From positions 3,472,001-3,536,000 of the forward strand of contig OZ218950.1 in the NCBI GenBank assembly GCA_965112735.1: DNA of 64,000 nucleotides, written 5' to 3'. The translations under genes were made by a program, and so were the position numbers. Of this stretch, positions 46,637 through 59,874 are shown piece by piece (the first letter of the stretch is position 1; each line of letters begins with the position of its first letter). Source of the DNA: Phaeosaccion multiseriatum (lineage: Eukaryota; Protista; Ochrophyta, other classes). Under the pieces are notes generated by a model, which was given only the letters and a program-made list of their open reading frames with translations, had not been told where the DNA came from and made no database searches.

Positions 46637-49600
46637 ATGATGTGGTCTAGGGCTACTGCTGCTCTGGCGGCTGCTACCATTGCGTACTTGCCAGACGTGG
46701 CGGCAGGGCCCGCTGCTTGCGAGGAGGGTAAGCAGTTGGATCCATCATGGTCTGGCCTTCCGTTCTCCCCTCCTCTCAGTCTTTCCTCCTTCTTCTACTC
46801 GCTTAATAGGCGGCGATTGGTACTTTGGTGGAGAGCGCACGGATGCCATAGACTGGGCGTACACGCTGTCGGTGAGTGGTGCTTTCTCGCTCCCTCCTCC
46901 CTTGTCCTTGTCCCGCGCGCTCCCTTCCCGCCGACGTTTGGTCTGACGCGAGAGGACCTTCGCTTCTTCAGAGGGAGCTGTAGGCTTCCGCTGAAGCATT
47001 GGCAGCAGGCAGACAGGGTGGAGATACGATTCAAAGGGTCGAAGGGCGATCAGATGAGGGTGGGGGCGGTGCTGTGTAGGAGGCGGGTGGAGCAGGGGAG
47101 GGGGGCTTTAGAACTCATCCAGAGTGTATTGGATTTACAGGACAAGGGGGAAGGACGGGTACAGGTAACGGGGACTCTGCCACGATCAGCGTGGTGGGAA
47201 AAGGGAGGGTGGACGTGCTTCAAACGGAAGGAGGTCGCACAGGAGATGAGGAAGGCAGTGACGGCCCTGGGACGGGATTCATCGGTAGATGCGCTGCATT
47301 CCTTTCGGGTTGGGGGAGCAACGGCATTAGCAGCAAGAAGGGTGCCGGATTCGACAATCCAAGTGGAATGGAGGTGGAAGAGTAGGGAATTCATTCCTTG
47401 GATGAGTCTGATCTGGTGTCGGAGATGTTAGCACGAGGGGGGGAGATTGTCACAGTAGGGCGTGTTGGGACATGGGAGCATTATTCCGGAGCTAAAGAGG
47501 CGGGGGCAGACAAGAGTTGGGGATTCGGAGTCTGAAAAGTAGGGGGTTTGGGGGGTAGGAAGGGAGAAGGGGAGAAAGGCGAGTCGGAGAGACGAGATGA
47601 GGGACTGGAAATTCAGTTGAGTTGGAGTGTGCGCGGAACCGTCAGGGGGGCGGTGCCGGGTGCGCAAAGACTCGTCCTCCTCTCTAACTTTCGACTGGCT
47701 CGACACACTCCTTCCCTTAATGCTTGCTCTTCTCATTCTGGCTCTACTCTTTTTTCCTCCCTCGTGCCCTTCCTGCACTCTCTATTTTCTCACACCCTCT
47801 TGCCTTCCTCTCCCCCTCTCTTCCACTTGTGTGTGCCCCCTGCCGCCCCTTTGATTGGTACGCCGCTTCCCTGTCAGGATGTTTACGACAATAACACTCC
47901 TCGGTGGTGAGTCCCTCGCCTTGCACATGGATGGGGTCGACTCTGATCGTTTGTGTTACCTTGTTGGAGGCACCGGAAGAGAAGATGTGGCGCCCGAAGA
48001 ATCCCAATCGATGCGGCCCTCGCCCCCCCCTTTTTCCTTCTTTCTGACCCATCTCTCCACCCATGCGCCTGTCTACGCTACCCTGCCTGCCCGTCTCTCT
48101 GTCTCCGTCTCGATCTTGTCCAGGTACATTCACGTCGCTCTCGCGGGCGACGCTCTCTGGCAGCGCAACCCCTACATCGACCAAGTCATCGTGCAGAGGA
48201 TGAACTCAGGCGGGGTTTGGACATACATGTGTTCGTGGTGGAACGACTACTTCCCGACGGACGGAGCGGTGGATGTCATAACATATGATGCGCGGTCGGG
48301 CACTTACCCGGCAGAAGGGGTAAGAGCGCCGAGGTTCTCTGACGTTCTCATTGCTGCTTGCTCCATCCCATCCGGCAGTCATGCTCACTCATATTCACTC
48401 ACCCACTCATTCACTCACTCAAGTCCGTCGACAGTCAGTCTTCATCCATCCTCTTTCTGGCCCTAAAGTGTGCTGCTGCTGCTGCTGCTGCGCTGCTGGC
48501 CTGTCATAATCCCTTCAACTCAACCCTCCACTTCCTCAGTGTGAGATTGCCGACCCTGACGAGGAGGACGTTACATGGCGCCTCGTCTTCAACGACAACA
48601 ACGACGACTGCCCACAAGGCTACACCTCGGTGCGTGTAGGGTATCAAGGTAGTCAGTAAGGAAGGAAAGCTTGGGATGGGAGGGCCGGTCTTTCTGACCC
48701 AAACTGCCGCTCCCCTTCTGACTCAGCTTGTTGTCCCCTCCTTTTATGCGAGCTGTGTTTTTTGCTCCTATCTTATGAGCGTGTGTGTGTGCGTGTGTGT
48801 GTGCGCGTGTGCGTGCGCACGCGTTGTTGTGGCCCGTCTCAATCCCCCCGTTCCTCCCCCTCCCCCCAGGCGGTGACGATGGGGCACTACGAGTACATCG
48901 ACTCGGTAACCTCGGCCCCCATCCCCGTGCCACAAAACATCGCCTTCACCTCCGACCCCGTGTTGGATGTGTCCGAGTGCACGGACGGCGTCAGTGAATC
49001 GTCGGCGCTCAACGGAGCAGGGCCGGAGGAGTGGTTGGGAAGCCTCACCCTCACAAAGCAATGCGATTGTCGCTGGAGGATCGACATGACGTATGACGTT
49101 GCCAGCCCGACTTTTGTCATGCACCCTTTTTTGGATTACATTAGCTTCCGCGTCTTCCACGACTGGGGAGACTACATCCCCCGCCTCACCCTCCACCGAC
49201 CGGGACACCTGACGTACACGACGGTAACGGGCAAATTTGATTGTGACGTAGACCATGTCAACTTCCACATTGTCATGCTGGACGAGGTGGACGCGGAGAG
49301 GGGGCACATCACCCGAGACTCGTCGTGTGCCCTGCCCGCACCCGTGCTCTTCCTGTGCTTGGGGGAGGGGACGTACAGGTAACAAGAGCTGCTGTCTGTC
49401 TGCCTCTGCCAGCTGCTGCCCATATGACTGCCACTCCTGCATTAGCTACATGTGCCTCTACGACTCTACTTCCTCCCTCCGTATGTAACTCTCTCTCTCT
49501 GGTGTCCTCCCTGCTACCATGTACAAGGAATGATCACAAACCCCTTAACTCCTCCTTTCCCCTTTGCACCTCTCTCACGCTCACTGTACTCCCCTCTCCC

Positions 49601-51941
49601 CCCACCCCTCACCCCCTTTCCGTCGTCTCCTGCAGCGGTGCGGACATCCGATCTCAGTCCGATACCCTGTGCAGTGGCTACTCCTTCGGCACGGGCAGCG
49701 GCGGCAGCGGCCACAGCAGCGGTACCCTGACCTCGGACTGCGGCCTGACCTCGGCAACGCTCGGCGGTAAGCAAAGGCGGGCAGGGCAGACCACAAGTTA
49801 GAGTAGGGGAGAAGTTGAACGGAACCAGGCGAGGAGCAGAGCAGGGGAAGAGGACTTCCCCCTCTGGTTCCACCCCGTTCCCCCCTCCTTGTCTTCTCCT
49901 CGGTACCTACTTACCTAGTCTACAGGGCGTCGAGCTGTCGAGCTTCTCCCCTTCCGTATCCCTCTCTCTGCCTTCGCCTCCCTCAACGCAAAGCATAAAG
50001 CTGCTTCCTTCCTGCTTGCTTCGCGTGTGACACCTTTCCTTCCCCCATCCCGCCCATCCCTGTCTCATCTTTTATCTGTCACTCCAGGATCTGCGCCTTC
50101 CCCGACACCGACTCCGACTCCAGACCCCACGCCTCCAGGTACGGTACACGGTTACGGTTACGGTACCTTGACCTTGAGACACTTGTCACCCCCTCCTTCG
50201 GTGTATCGCCCCTTCCGAGTTCTGGTCTGTCTATCCAGACAAGCCCACAGTGTGACTAGCTTCCCTCAGTCCCACGTACGTATGTATCAGTCAAGCCTGT
50301 TCCCCGAAGCTCCCCCCCCCCACCGTTGTCTCGTAGCCCCACAACCCAACGCCTTGCCCACCCCGTGTCGGTATGCCGTCGCCGCCCCTGTCACCTCCCT
50401 GTCGTCATTGGTATACCCCCCCCACCCTTGATATCCCCCTTCGCCGTCATCACCGTCCTCATGGCCGTTTTTCTGTTCTTTTTGTTCTTTTTGTCTGTCT
50501 TTCGTTTTGTCCCCTTCCTTTTTTGTCCTGCTGCGCTGCTCTTGGTCACACCTCCCTTCCCTACCCTTTATTTCACTCCATGCGAATTCGTTTGTCTGTC
50601 CAATCTCGCTCTCTCTCTCTCTCTCTCTCTCTTCACACACGCCATGTGTATCGCTTTGCTTCTTTCTCTCCGTGCCACACAGCTGAAACCACTTCTCCTT
50701 CCTCCCCCCCCACTGCGGCACCGTCACCAAACACACCGGCCCCTTCTCCTCCAACACCTTCACCTCTCGCTCCTCCAACACCTTCACCTCTCCCTCCTCC
50801 AACACCTTCACCTCTCCCTCCTCCAACACCTTCACCTCTCCCTCCTCCAACACCTTCGCCTCTCGCTCCTCCAACACCTTCACCTCTCCCTCCTCCAACA
50901 CCTTCGCCAACAGCCGAAACCGCTTCTCCGACTTCCCCCCCTCCCACTGCATCACCTTCACCAAACACACCGACCCCTTTCACAGCACAACCAACGCCTG
51001 CCCCAGTGGAGGATGGCACACCTTCTCCTTCTCTTCCTCCCCTCTCTCCTCCAACACCTTCGCCATCGGCCGACCCCACTTCTCCCTCCCCCCCCCCCGC
51101 TACCCCACCACCATCACCACCAAACACACCAACACCTTCACCTCTCTCTCCTACCACGCTTTTCCCATCAGCCGAACCACGCTCTTCTCCCCCCACCCCG
51201 TCCACAGCATCACAGTCGCCAACGTCGGCCCCAACCGAAGATGGCAGCTCTATCGATGATGGTAGGCCTTCCCCTCCTCCCTCCTCTCCCCCCACTGTGT
51301 CGCCGATACCGAACACACCGACCCCTTCTTCTTCTTCTCCTTCGGCAGCCGAGCCAACGGCTACGCCAATCGAAGACGATGGCATGCCTTCTCCGGCCCC
51401 GTCCCTCCTCGCTTCTCCCGCACCACCTTCCCCAACAACATCCCCACCCACGCCCGCACCAAGTAGCAGTAGTGGCACCACCACCACCACCACCACCACC
51501 GCACCTTCCTCCTTCTCCCCTTCTCGTTCTCCAGCAACGTCGTCGCCAAGACCAACACCATCCCCAACACGAATATCACCAACACAAGCACCATCTGACG
51601 AGAGCCGTGACACGCCACCACCGCTCCCACCGCCCGTGACAGGAGAACCCAGTCCCACTCCGACGAGCGGGAGCCCCCCACCCCCAACCATTCCCCCCAC
51701 CAACCCATCACCCCCTTCTCCGGGCGTCACCAACGCGCCGTCTTCGGAGGAGGGGGAGCAGGAGGAGGAGGAGGAGGAGGAGGAGGAGGAGCAGGAGCCC
51801 TCGGATGGGGAGGAGGGGGAGACGCGCACCACCAGCGGAGGAGTGATTCGGGCATCGGGCATGGCGGCAGGGGCACCCGTGACGTGGGCAGCGGGAGGTA
51901 TCGCGCTCGTCCTCTTGGTTTTGTCGCCGCACGCATATTGA
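46637..51941 (+). CDS. Secreted/cell-surface protein: signal peptide, Cys/His-containing globular region, Pro/Ser/Thr-rich stalk, hydrophobic (GPI-like) C-terminus; 9 exons
   Basis: Phase-consistent exons 46637-46727, 46810-46871, 47878-47906, 48124-48319, 48540-48629, 48870-49378, 49636-49766, 50088-50138, 50683-51941. N-terminus MMWSRATAALAAATIAYLPDVAA; PPTPSPL repeats; C-terminus SG..AAGGIALVLLVLSPHAY. Confidence 0.75.
46925..47431 (+). mobile_element. Truncated tyrosine recombinase of a DIRS/Ngaro-like element, nested in intron 2 of the surface-protein gene
   Basis: LTREDLRFF..ADRVEIRFKGSKGDQ..ALHSFRVGGATALAA..IQVEWRWKSREFIPW. HxxR box is present, the N-terminal catalytic Arg box is absent, and the catalytic Tyr position reads Trp. 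Confidence 0.8.
50735..50910 (+). repeat. 24 bp coding minisatellite (PPTPSPL[A/P])n in the stalk exon
   Basis: About 7 tandem cctccaacaccttcacctctc(g/c)ct units. Confidence 0.85.
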
Positions 51942-52229
51942 CATTAGTCCGGCCAGCGGGGAGTGTAGAATAGAAGGTACATTTTGCCCTTGCTTGTTTG
52001 TGGTGATTGTGTTGTGTGTTGTTGTATTTTTTCGGCGGCCCCACAAGCTTTGAATTTGTGAGGATTGCCCCGCCCCGTTCTGTTGTCCTTTCTCCTTGGA
52101 GAAGGGCCGTTATTTATGTCTCAAATCTATCAATCATAATACCTATATATATATATATATATATATGCTACTGTAATATAAACACAAATTAATTTATACC
52201 ACTACTGAAGTATGGGCCAGAGAAAAACA

Positions 52230-52270
<41 letters not shown>

Positions 52271-52488
52271 AAGGCAGGCCCGGCACAGCTCTTGAAGGAG
52301 CTTCCCATGCCCCTTGCCTGGGCCAAAGCACCCCATGATGTCCAAGGACGACGTGCTGCTGCTGCTGCTGCTGCAGCAGCAGCTGATGCCTTTCTGCCCG
52401 TCACACAGCTGACGCTTCCAGATGATGCAGAGAGAGTGCCTTCTAAAGAGGGCCATACTGTACCGCTGACTAATCATGCCATATGCCG

Positions 52489-52586
52489 CTATGTGTCCCC
52501 GCTCTGCGCCTTCGCTGCTGCTGCTGCTGTCGCTATCGCTGCGTCGACCCCCTTTAGCGGGGCCGCTGCCGACGCCTTCCCCTTCC

Positions 52587-52620
<34 letters not shown>

Positions 52621-53036
52621 CTGCTGCAGCCTCCCCTTCTCTCGCCTCTGCGCACTCCTCACCCTGGACCTCTCTTTGCCCTCCTTGACCTTCTTGAAGT
52701 GCGCCACTCGCTCCTCTCTGCTGGCCACCTCCACGTACTTGATCTTGGACGCCACCTCCCTCTTGTTGATCCTTGACTCCATCTCCCTCGTCCTCTCGTC
52801 GTCCTCCGCCCTCCACAGCGCCTCTTGCCTCGCGAAGTCGATGTCGCGAAGAGTGTCCGCGAGAACCTCCCTCTGAGACTTGAACTGGAATTGAAAATTG
52901 ACCCCCAGACCGACGCACGCACACGTAAGAGAAAGAGAGGGAAGAAAAAGGCAGAATGAGAGGCAACAAAGAGAAAGAGAGACAGACAGAGAGAAGAAAA
53001 GGCAGAACGAGAGGCAAAAGAGAGAGAGAGTGAGTA

Positions 53037-53069
<33 letters not shown>

Positions 53070-56000
53070 TGTCGCAAAAGACGCCGATCCATGCATGGCC
53101 CCGGTTCTGCCCCTCTTACCCCTCCCCCGCCCCACACCGCACCGCACCGCATCGCACCGCCGAACAGTCCCCACCACATTGGGCCTCACTCTCATCCTCC
53201 CACATCAAGCCAAGCGATTACGCACCCTCTCTACATTAACGCCGGCAATGTAACCCGGCAGAGGCGCCTGCCCCCCCCCAAAGTCGAAGCGGCTTCCCTC
53301 CTTGTGCCTGTTGACCTTCGTCTTGAATGCTCTCTCGTACATGGCCATCTCCTCCTCCGTTCGGTCGTCCTCTTCTCCCAACTGCATGTACTGCAGTAGG
53401 GCCCGAGGGGGCTGCCGTTGGGGTGTGCGTGTGGGCGCGTGTGAGGGTGTGTGGGTGTGTGAGTGGGGGGGATGTGGATGGGTCGGTGCGGGGTGGGTGT
53501 GAGACGTTAAGAAGAGGGAGTACCCCAGGAGAGGTCCGGCGAGGGCTGGGGCCTATGAAGAAGTACTGTAGAGGTGCCTTTTTGAACTCGTTAACCCGCT
53601 CAGAACGCTTACGCCATCGCCCGACCCCTTCTCATCTGTATTCCTCTGCCTGCCTTTCCCCAACCCCATCAGTGCGACAGCTCTTGCCAACTCACTCACT
53701 CACTCACTCACTCACTCACTCACTCACCAACCCACTCCCTTGCTCTCTCCTCCCCCCTCCCTCCCTTCCTCTCTTCCTCCCTTCCCTTCCTCCCTCTTTC
53801 CCTCTCTCCCCTCACCGATACGCCCTCGCTCTTGATGCTCGCCACCGCCTCTTCCACCGTGGCCCCGCTGCGTAGGAAGGTGGCCAATAACACACCAAAA
53901 GTCTGCTCGCTGACCTCCTTGAAAAACACATTGTTGCGACTCCCATACACCTCTAACGCCTTGGCCATATTCCTCGCCTCTCCGAAGCCTCTGATAAGCA
54001 TGTTGAAGTGGTCTCCGGCCAAACTGTAACCGGCGCTCTCCATCTGCTCCACGTACTCAATGGCTACCTGTGTGGTGTGGTTTGGTATGGTGTGTGGGTA
54101 TGGTAGGGTACAACACAACATAAAGCGACAGGCGCAACACCCGAGAGAAAGGGGAGGGAGCGAGGGAATCGGAGAGGGAGGGAGGGAGGGAGGGAGGGAG
54201 GGAGGGAGGGAGAAAGGACGAGAATCAGAAAAGGCGTCAGCAGCGCACTTCTGCTTCTGGAATCCCCCCTCCCCCCTTCCCCTCCCCCCCCCCCCTCTCT
54301 CTCTCCTTCGCACCAGCAGACCCTTGGGGTGGGCCACAGCGCTCTCGATGACTGCCTCGAAACTGTCCCTCGAAGGAAGCCCGAACTTGTCCACCACCTC
54401 CCCGAAGCAACCCCTCGCGCTGTCGAGTTGCTTCTGCTGACCGAAGCCGCGGATCAGGGCCGCGTAAATGGGCTCCGAGGGGCTCAGTCCTTGCAGCTCC
54501 AGGTCCTCCAGCACCTAGGAGGATGAGGGGGGACGGAGAGGAGGGTGTGGGGGGGGAGGGGGAGGAGGAGGAGGAGGAGGGAGTGCGGGAGAGGGAGGAA
54601 GAGGAGGAGGGAGAGGGAGGAGGAAGAGGAGGAAGAGGAGGAGGAGGAGGAGGAGGAGGAGGAGGAGGAGGAGGAGGAGGAGGAGGAGGCATTCAGTTAA
54701 AGTAAAGGCAAGCTGGTCGACCTTCTTGTCCCCCCCGGGGTCGTCGCTCTCACCTGCAGCGCCTCCTTCATCCTCATGACGCTCCCGCAGCTCTCTATGA
54801 CCAGTTGGTAGCACAACTCGTTGGGCTTCGCCCCCCTGTGAGTCCCCAGCCCGAGCTCGGCTGCTGCAGCCCGGCTGTGCTCGTAGTCTTGCTTCATCAT
54901 ATCAAGGACCTACCACGAGTAGTGCGTAAGCGGAAACAAACATGTAAGAAAAGCGGTCAAAGTTAGAGATTTACAAAGTGAAAACCAAATGAAGAGGCGT
55001 GGAATGAATTGAAGGGCGGGCAAGGCCATTCATTCCGCGGGGAGAGAGCAAAAAAAGCCCCAAAGTAAGACAAATTTCCACGAAAGAAAGGGAGAGAAGA
55101 GCGAAGCTCTGGAGGGAGGCGCTGAGAAGATGGGATGCATACCCCCCCCCCCCCACCCCCCCACCCCACCCCTTCGCGACTGATGAGCAACCGACCGACG
55201 CACTTGCCTCAATGGCCTTATCCCACGCCGGCGTCTTGCCTCTCCTGCAAAACGCGAGCATCTCCACATACGTGTTGAACACAGGTGCGGGGTACAGCTC
55301 CTCCTGCTCCTCCATGCCCTCCTTGGCCTTTTCGTCCTCTCCCTCTCCACCCCCTGACGTTGTCAAGTAAAGGCGGTCTCGCATGCACTGAAAGACCTGC
55401 CAGGCGCCAACCTGGTGTGCCGTGTTGGGTCGCATTGATTGGGCGATCAGAAGAAGAATAAAGTCTCTGCTTCCCTCCCCCAGCAACCTTCTCCTACCTC
55501 CCTCTCTCTTCTTCTCTCCTCACCCCTGCTTCCCCCCTCTTCTATTCTATCTCCCTTTCCCCCTGTCTTACCGTGTCCTCTCTCTCTGCACATGCCCGGA
55601 TGAGAGTGTGGAATGAAGTATGATCCGCCGGACGCCCTGCTGCTTTGCACTCTCGGAGCAGCGGCTCCAAAGGCTCTTGCGCCGTCTGTGAATAAACCGA
55701 ACGAACAAGCCGCATAGAGGACCAGTAGTGTGAGCACACCACAAGACATTGAGTAGCAAGAGACACGACTTTTCTGCTCTGCTCTTCTCTTGCTGGGTAC
55801 GGCACCCCTCACCCCTTCGCCCCTGGCTATACATGCCCGTGCTCAAAGGACTCATATCAAGGCCTATTCCACGAGGGTAGTTCGTGGATAGCCTCTCGGT
55901 TTGAGGGCGGGTGAGTCGCCAGCCTGTGACTCGCAAACACATGCTTGGACTCCCATACGCGGATAACTCCCATGGTCGGATATCGGTCCACTTTGGGTGT

Positions 56001-57032
56001 CACTAATGCCATTCCCACACATCCCTCCCTCCCTCCCTCCCTCCCTCCCTCCCTCCCTCCCTCCCTCCCTCCCTCCCTCCCCTTCCCCCTCCCTGGCACT
56101 CTCTTGCCGCTCACCTGCTGCAAAATTAAGCGAGAGTCCCGCACGTCCTTGGCGACCGACGGGTTGGAGGCAGCAGTGGCAGAAGCAGCCGCAGCCGCCG
56201 CAGCAGCAGTAGCAGCAGCCGCCGCCGCCGCCGCCGCCATCGCAGAAGCTGTCTCCACTCTTTCGCCTGCCCCTCCTGCCTCTGTCCCCCGTGCCCCCGA
56301 GCCGCCCTCCTCGCCTCTCTCCTCCCCTCCTCCTTCTCCTGCTTGGGCATCTCCAGCGTTGCCCGCAAGTCTCTGGAGGAGAAGTTGGGCATCCGCTGTG
56401 CATCTCCCGGCCCAAGCACAGGCCTGCAGCGCCAGCACGAGGGACGACGCGTTGGCATCCACGAACTTACTCTTGTCCATCTGTGAGTGAGCAATAACAA
56501 CGACAACACGGGGCGAACGGGGTGGAGTGGTGGAAGGCGGTGGGGGAGAACGAGGGAGGGAGGGGGGAGGGGGGTGGGGGGGTGGGGGCTCACTCATTGG
56601 ACCCAACCACCGATTTCTCGACCCGATTGAGAGGGTAGGTATCAGTCTAGCAAAAGTACGACTTCTAACATTGAGTCGGCCGCACACACAGCGAACATGC
56701 CCTGAGCCTTAGCCCGAGCTCACAAGAGGACACAAGGAGACGAGGCCAGGCTTGTGTGTATGATTGTCAGAGCAATGTTGGTTGGTCGAAGCATTTATGT
56801 GTTGCCCCCCAAGCTCGCTAAGCCGCTTCAACGAACACAGCCCCCAGGGCCTTCTTACCAGTTTCAAGATGGCCAGCGCGCCCTCGGGGTCTCTGCTGTC
56901 TCGAAAGTGCCTGATGAGGGCGTTGTAGGTGCCCACACTTGCCCAGATCTCCTGAGATGAGGAAGGTCAAATACACAATCAATGACTAAGGAGGAGTACG
57001 AGCGCTTACACGCGCGCAAACACAAACAGAGG

Positions 57033-57074
<42 letters not shown>

Positions 57075-59676
57075 TGCACGCACGCACACAGATACGAACC
57101 TCGGTTTCAAGGTCCTGCAGCACCAGTCGAGCCGCCTGCGTGCTGTTGGAGGTGCCGAGGCACTCCTTGAGGATGGCAGTGGACGTGAAGGTGTCCAAGC
57201 GCAGTCCGTGCTTCTCCAGAGAGCGCCGCGCCGCTTGCGAGCCGTCCACGCCCTCGCACTCGTCTTGATCCGCAAAGGACTCCGATTGCTTGGGACAGGG
57301 GAGGAAGGAGGGTATACGTACACACTGTACATGAGACGATCTGCTCGTCTCGCTGATGACACTACGAAAAGAACGTTTCATGTGTGTACTTGGTCAGCCC
57401 CTAAAAGATGGGTGTTTGTCTCCCCCCAATTCTTTGTTTTCTCACCTGCGCCTCATCATCCCGGCTGTTGCTTCTCCGCTGCAGCCCCTCCATGCGGGCC
57501 GCCTCCGCAACGCTCACAAACGCCGCCTTTTGTCGCGTCATAACCAACCAACATGTGCACCGAAAGACACAGGAAAGAGCATGTTAGGACGCACAGTGCT
57601 GTGGAGAGAAGCCAGTCTCTAGGTCACTCAGCACTCAGCCCTCCCGTCACACGCCTGACTTTCTCACTCCCTCACTCCTTCGCTCACGCAAGGACTCACT
57701 GAGTGATTCCCTCACTCACTCGCTCACTCCCTCCCTCCCTCCCTCCCTCCCTCCCTCCCTCCCTCCCTCCCTCCCTCCCTTTCCTTCCCTCCCTCCCTCC
57801 CCCACTGACCTTGATGAGACTGGCCGCCGCCTTCTTGACAACTCTGGGCTCCGAGTTGCCTCTCTGCACGGCCTCCTCCTCCCTCTTCTTGGCACCCCTG
57901 CCCTTCCTTCTTCGGTTCTGCTTGACCATGAGCTCCATCTTGGCCTTGAAGTTGGCATTGTCCGCTTCCAGCATGTCCACGAAGACGCCCTCCGCAATCT
58001 GCAGGGCTCGCTCCTTCTCAAACACTTCTCCCTCCACTGCCATCCTCCCTCCCTCACCCCCTATAGGACGTGCTCTCTCAAGCTGTCGCCGCTGTTGCTG
58101 CTCCTGCACCAACAGGCCACCCGCCCGAACAGGCCCCTCTCCGCCCCTCGCCACAGCCCCCATGAGCACCTGGTAGGCCCTGCTGGTGATGGGCTGTTGG
58201 CTGCTCCTCATGTGCTCACGAAGGGCCAAGGCCGCCTCGAGGCCTCGCACGCCACAGCCACAAAACACTGATGCCACGACACGCACCCGCAAGCAAAGGA
58301 GAAGGATACGCGTCACATGTGCGGGTGGGTGGGTGGGTGGGGGTGAGAAGCCAAAACAAAAGAGTCATACAAGCAATCGCCGTTCGGTCTGTCTACGATG
58401 CCGTGCTTCGAATCCCCCCCACCACCCCCTCTCTCACCGTCAATGAGTAAGGAGTGCGTGTACGAGTCGAGCTCGATGCCCGCCTCCCTCGTGCAGTGCA
58501 GCAGCTGCAAGGCCCGCTCGAGCTCTCCGGTGGCCGCGTAGGCACGGATACTCGTGAGGAGGAGGGCGCGCCCCTTCGGCACAATCTGTGTCCGCAAGAA
58601 GCCCTCGTCGGCTGCTGCTTCTGCTGTATCACCAACTGCTACTGTTGCTGCTGCTGGAGAGGTGTCTCCAATGCGGGTGGAGAAGAGGGGCTTCCCATGG
58701 GTGCTCTCCCAAATGTCGATGAGTACTCGAGAGGAGGGCTCCAGGTCGGTGGAGGATCCGAGAGCGGTGAGAAAGAGCCGACAGGCCTCTATGGACAAGT
58801 CGGGCAAGTTCTGCGGCAAGGGGCGAAGCAGGGGGGGGGGGTTAAGGATGGAGGAGGGTCAGCTTCGAGCGAATGGGAAAGAGCAAAGTGAGAGAGCAAG
58901 AGAGAAGCATGAGAATCAAGGTGGCCAATCAAGGCGGGCCCAGAGAGTATGGGAAGAGTCATAATCGCTGTACTTACCGAGTGAAGGCATGCCTTTGCCA
59001 GCTCTACGAAGTCTAAGAGAAAAGAGGTAATTGGGGGGAAGAGGGCCGGGGGGGGGGGGTTGAGGGCGCGGGCAAGTCAGTGCGAGGGGGTTGGTGTCGA
59101 GAGATTTGGTGCTCTGTCAAGTCGCCTGACACAATGAAGGACTATCTGATGCTTACCATCTATCCCTACTGGTGGTGGTCTGTCGTCCCCTTCCCCACTC
59201 AGCCCCTCCTCTTTCTTCTCGCCAGGAGCTCCTGTCGAGGCCTGCAGCTGCCGATAGCGCACCATGAGCCCTTGAAGCTGACGCACCGCTTCGTCACTCT
59301 GTAGTCTACGCTTCGGCTCCTTTTCCCGCCTCCGTTTCCGTGGCCTCTTGCCTGTCCCCTCTTCTCCTCCCTTCGCTGCTGCCTCATCCCCCCAACCAGG
59401 CCCCTTGGGCTCCTTTTCCTGGGCTGTTCCAAGCATAGTCAGCCCTGCAACGAGGGTGGAGCCACGAGAGATTGTTTGCAGGCCTTGCTGCCGGCTCGTG
59501 AAGCCCCTGGTGCTGCTTGATCTGGTTGTCCTCTCTCTCGACCTGCTGCTGCTCGTTCCCTCTCCATAGGCGCCGCTGCGACTGCTGCCGAAGACAGGAG
59601 ACGACAGCAGAAGGGCCTCCAAAGGAGCTAATAGCCCTGTGAGAGCTAAAAGCAGAGAGAGAGGCCACTCCCGCAT
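52489..59676 (-). CDS. Pentatricopeptide repeat (PPR) protein with N-terminal signal peptide, many exons
   Basis: PPR-like repeats LLTSIRAYAATGELERALQLLHCTREAGIELD, TYNALIRHFRDSRDPEGALAIL, SFHTLIRACA, PNELCYQLVIESCG, PSEPIYAALIRGFGQQKQLDSA, HFNMLIRGFGEARNMAKAL. N-terminus MREWPLSLLLALTGLLAPLEA. Internal exon boundaries not all resolved. Confidence 0.82.
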
Positions 59677-59874
59677 CGCGCGATGTGTGGAGCGCGCGAG
59701 GAGGGAAAAAGGATTCGAATGGTATCAGTACGATACGCCAATTGTAAAACATGGCCCATATGCTTTGGCACCTTGCTGCTCTTCCCACACACACACGTGT
59801 GCACCACAAGCGGAGTAGGGTGCGCCCCCTCCAAGCAACAGAGAAGGGGGAAGAATCCCTATAAGTAACAGACG

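Noticed and set aside
46637-47431. 264 aa ORF read as a single intact recombinase gene
   Set aside because: Its 5' part is the signal-peptide exon and introns of the surface-protein gene; the recombinase part is truncated and lacks the catalytic Tyr.
50287-51862. Antisense ORFs with (VLEEGEVK)n and Gly-rich repeats
   Set aside because: Reverse complement of the PPTPSPL coding minisatellite; the plus frame fits the spliced gene and has a sensible C-terminus.
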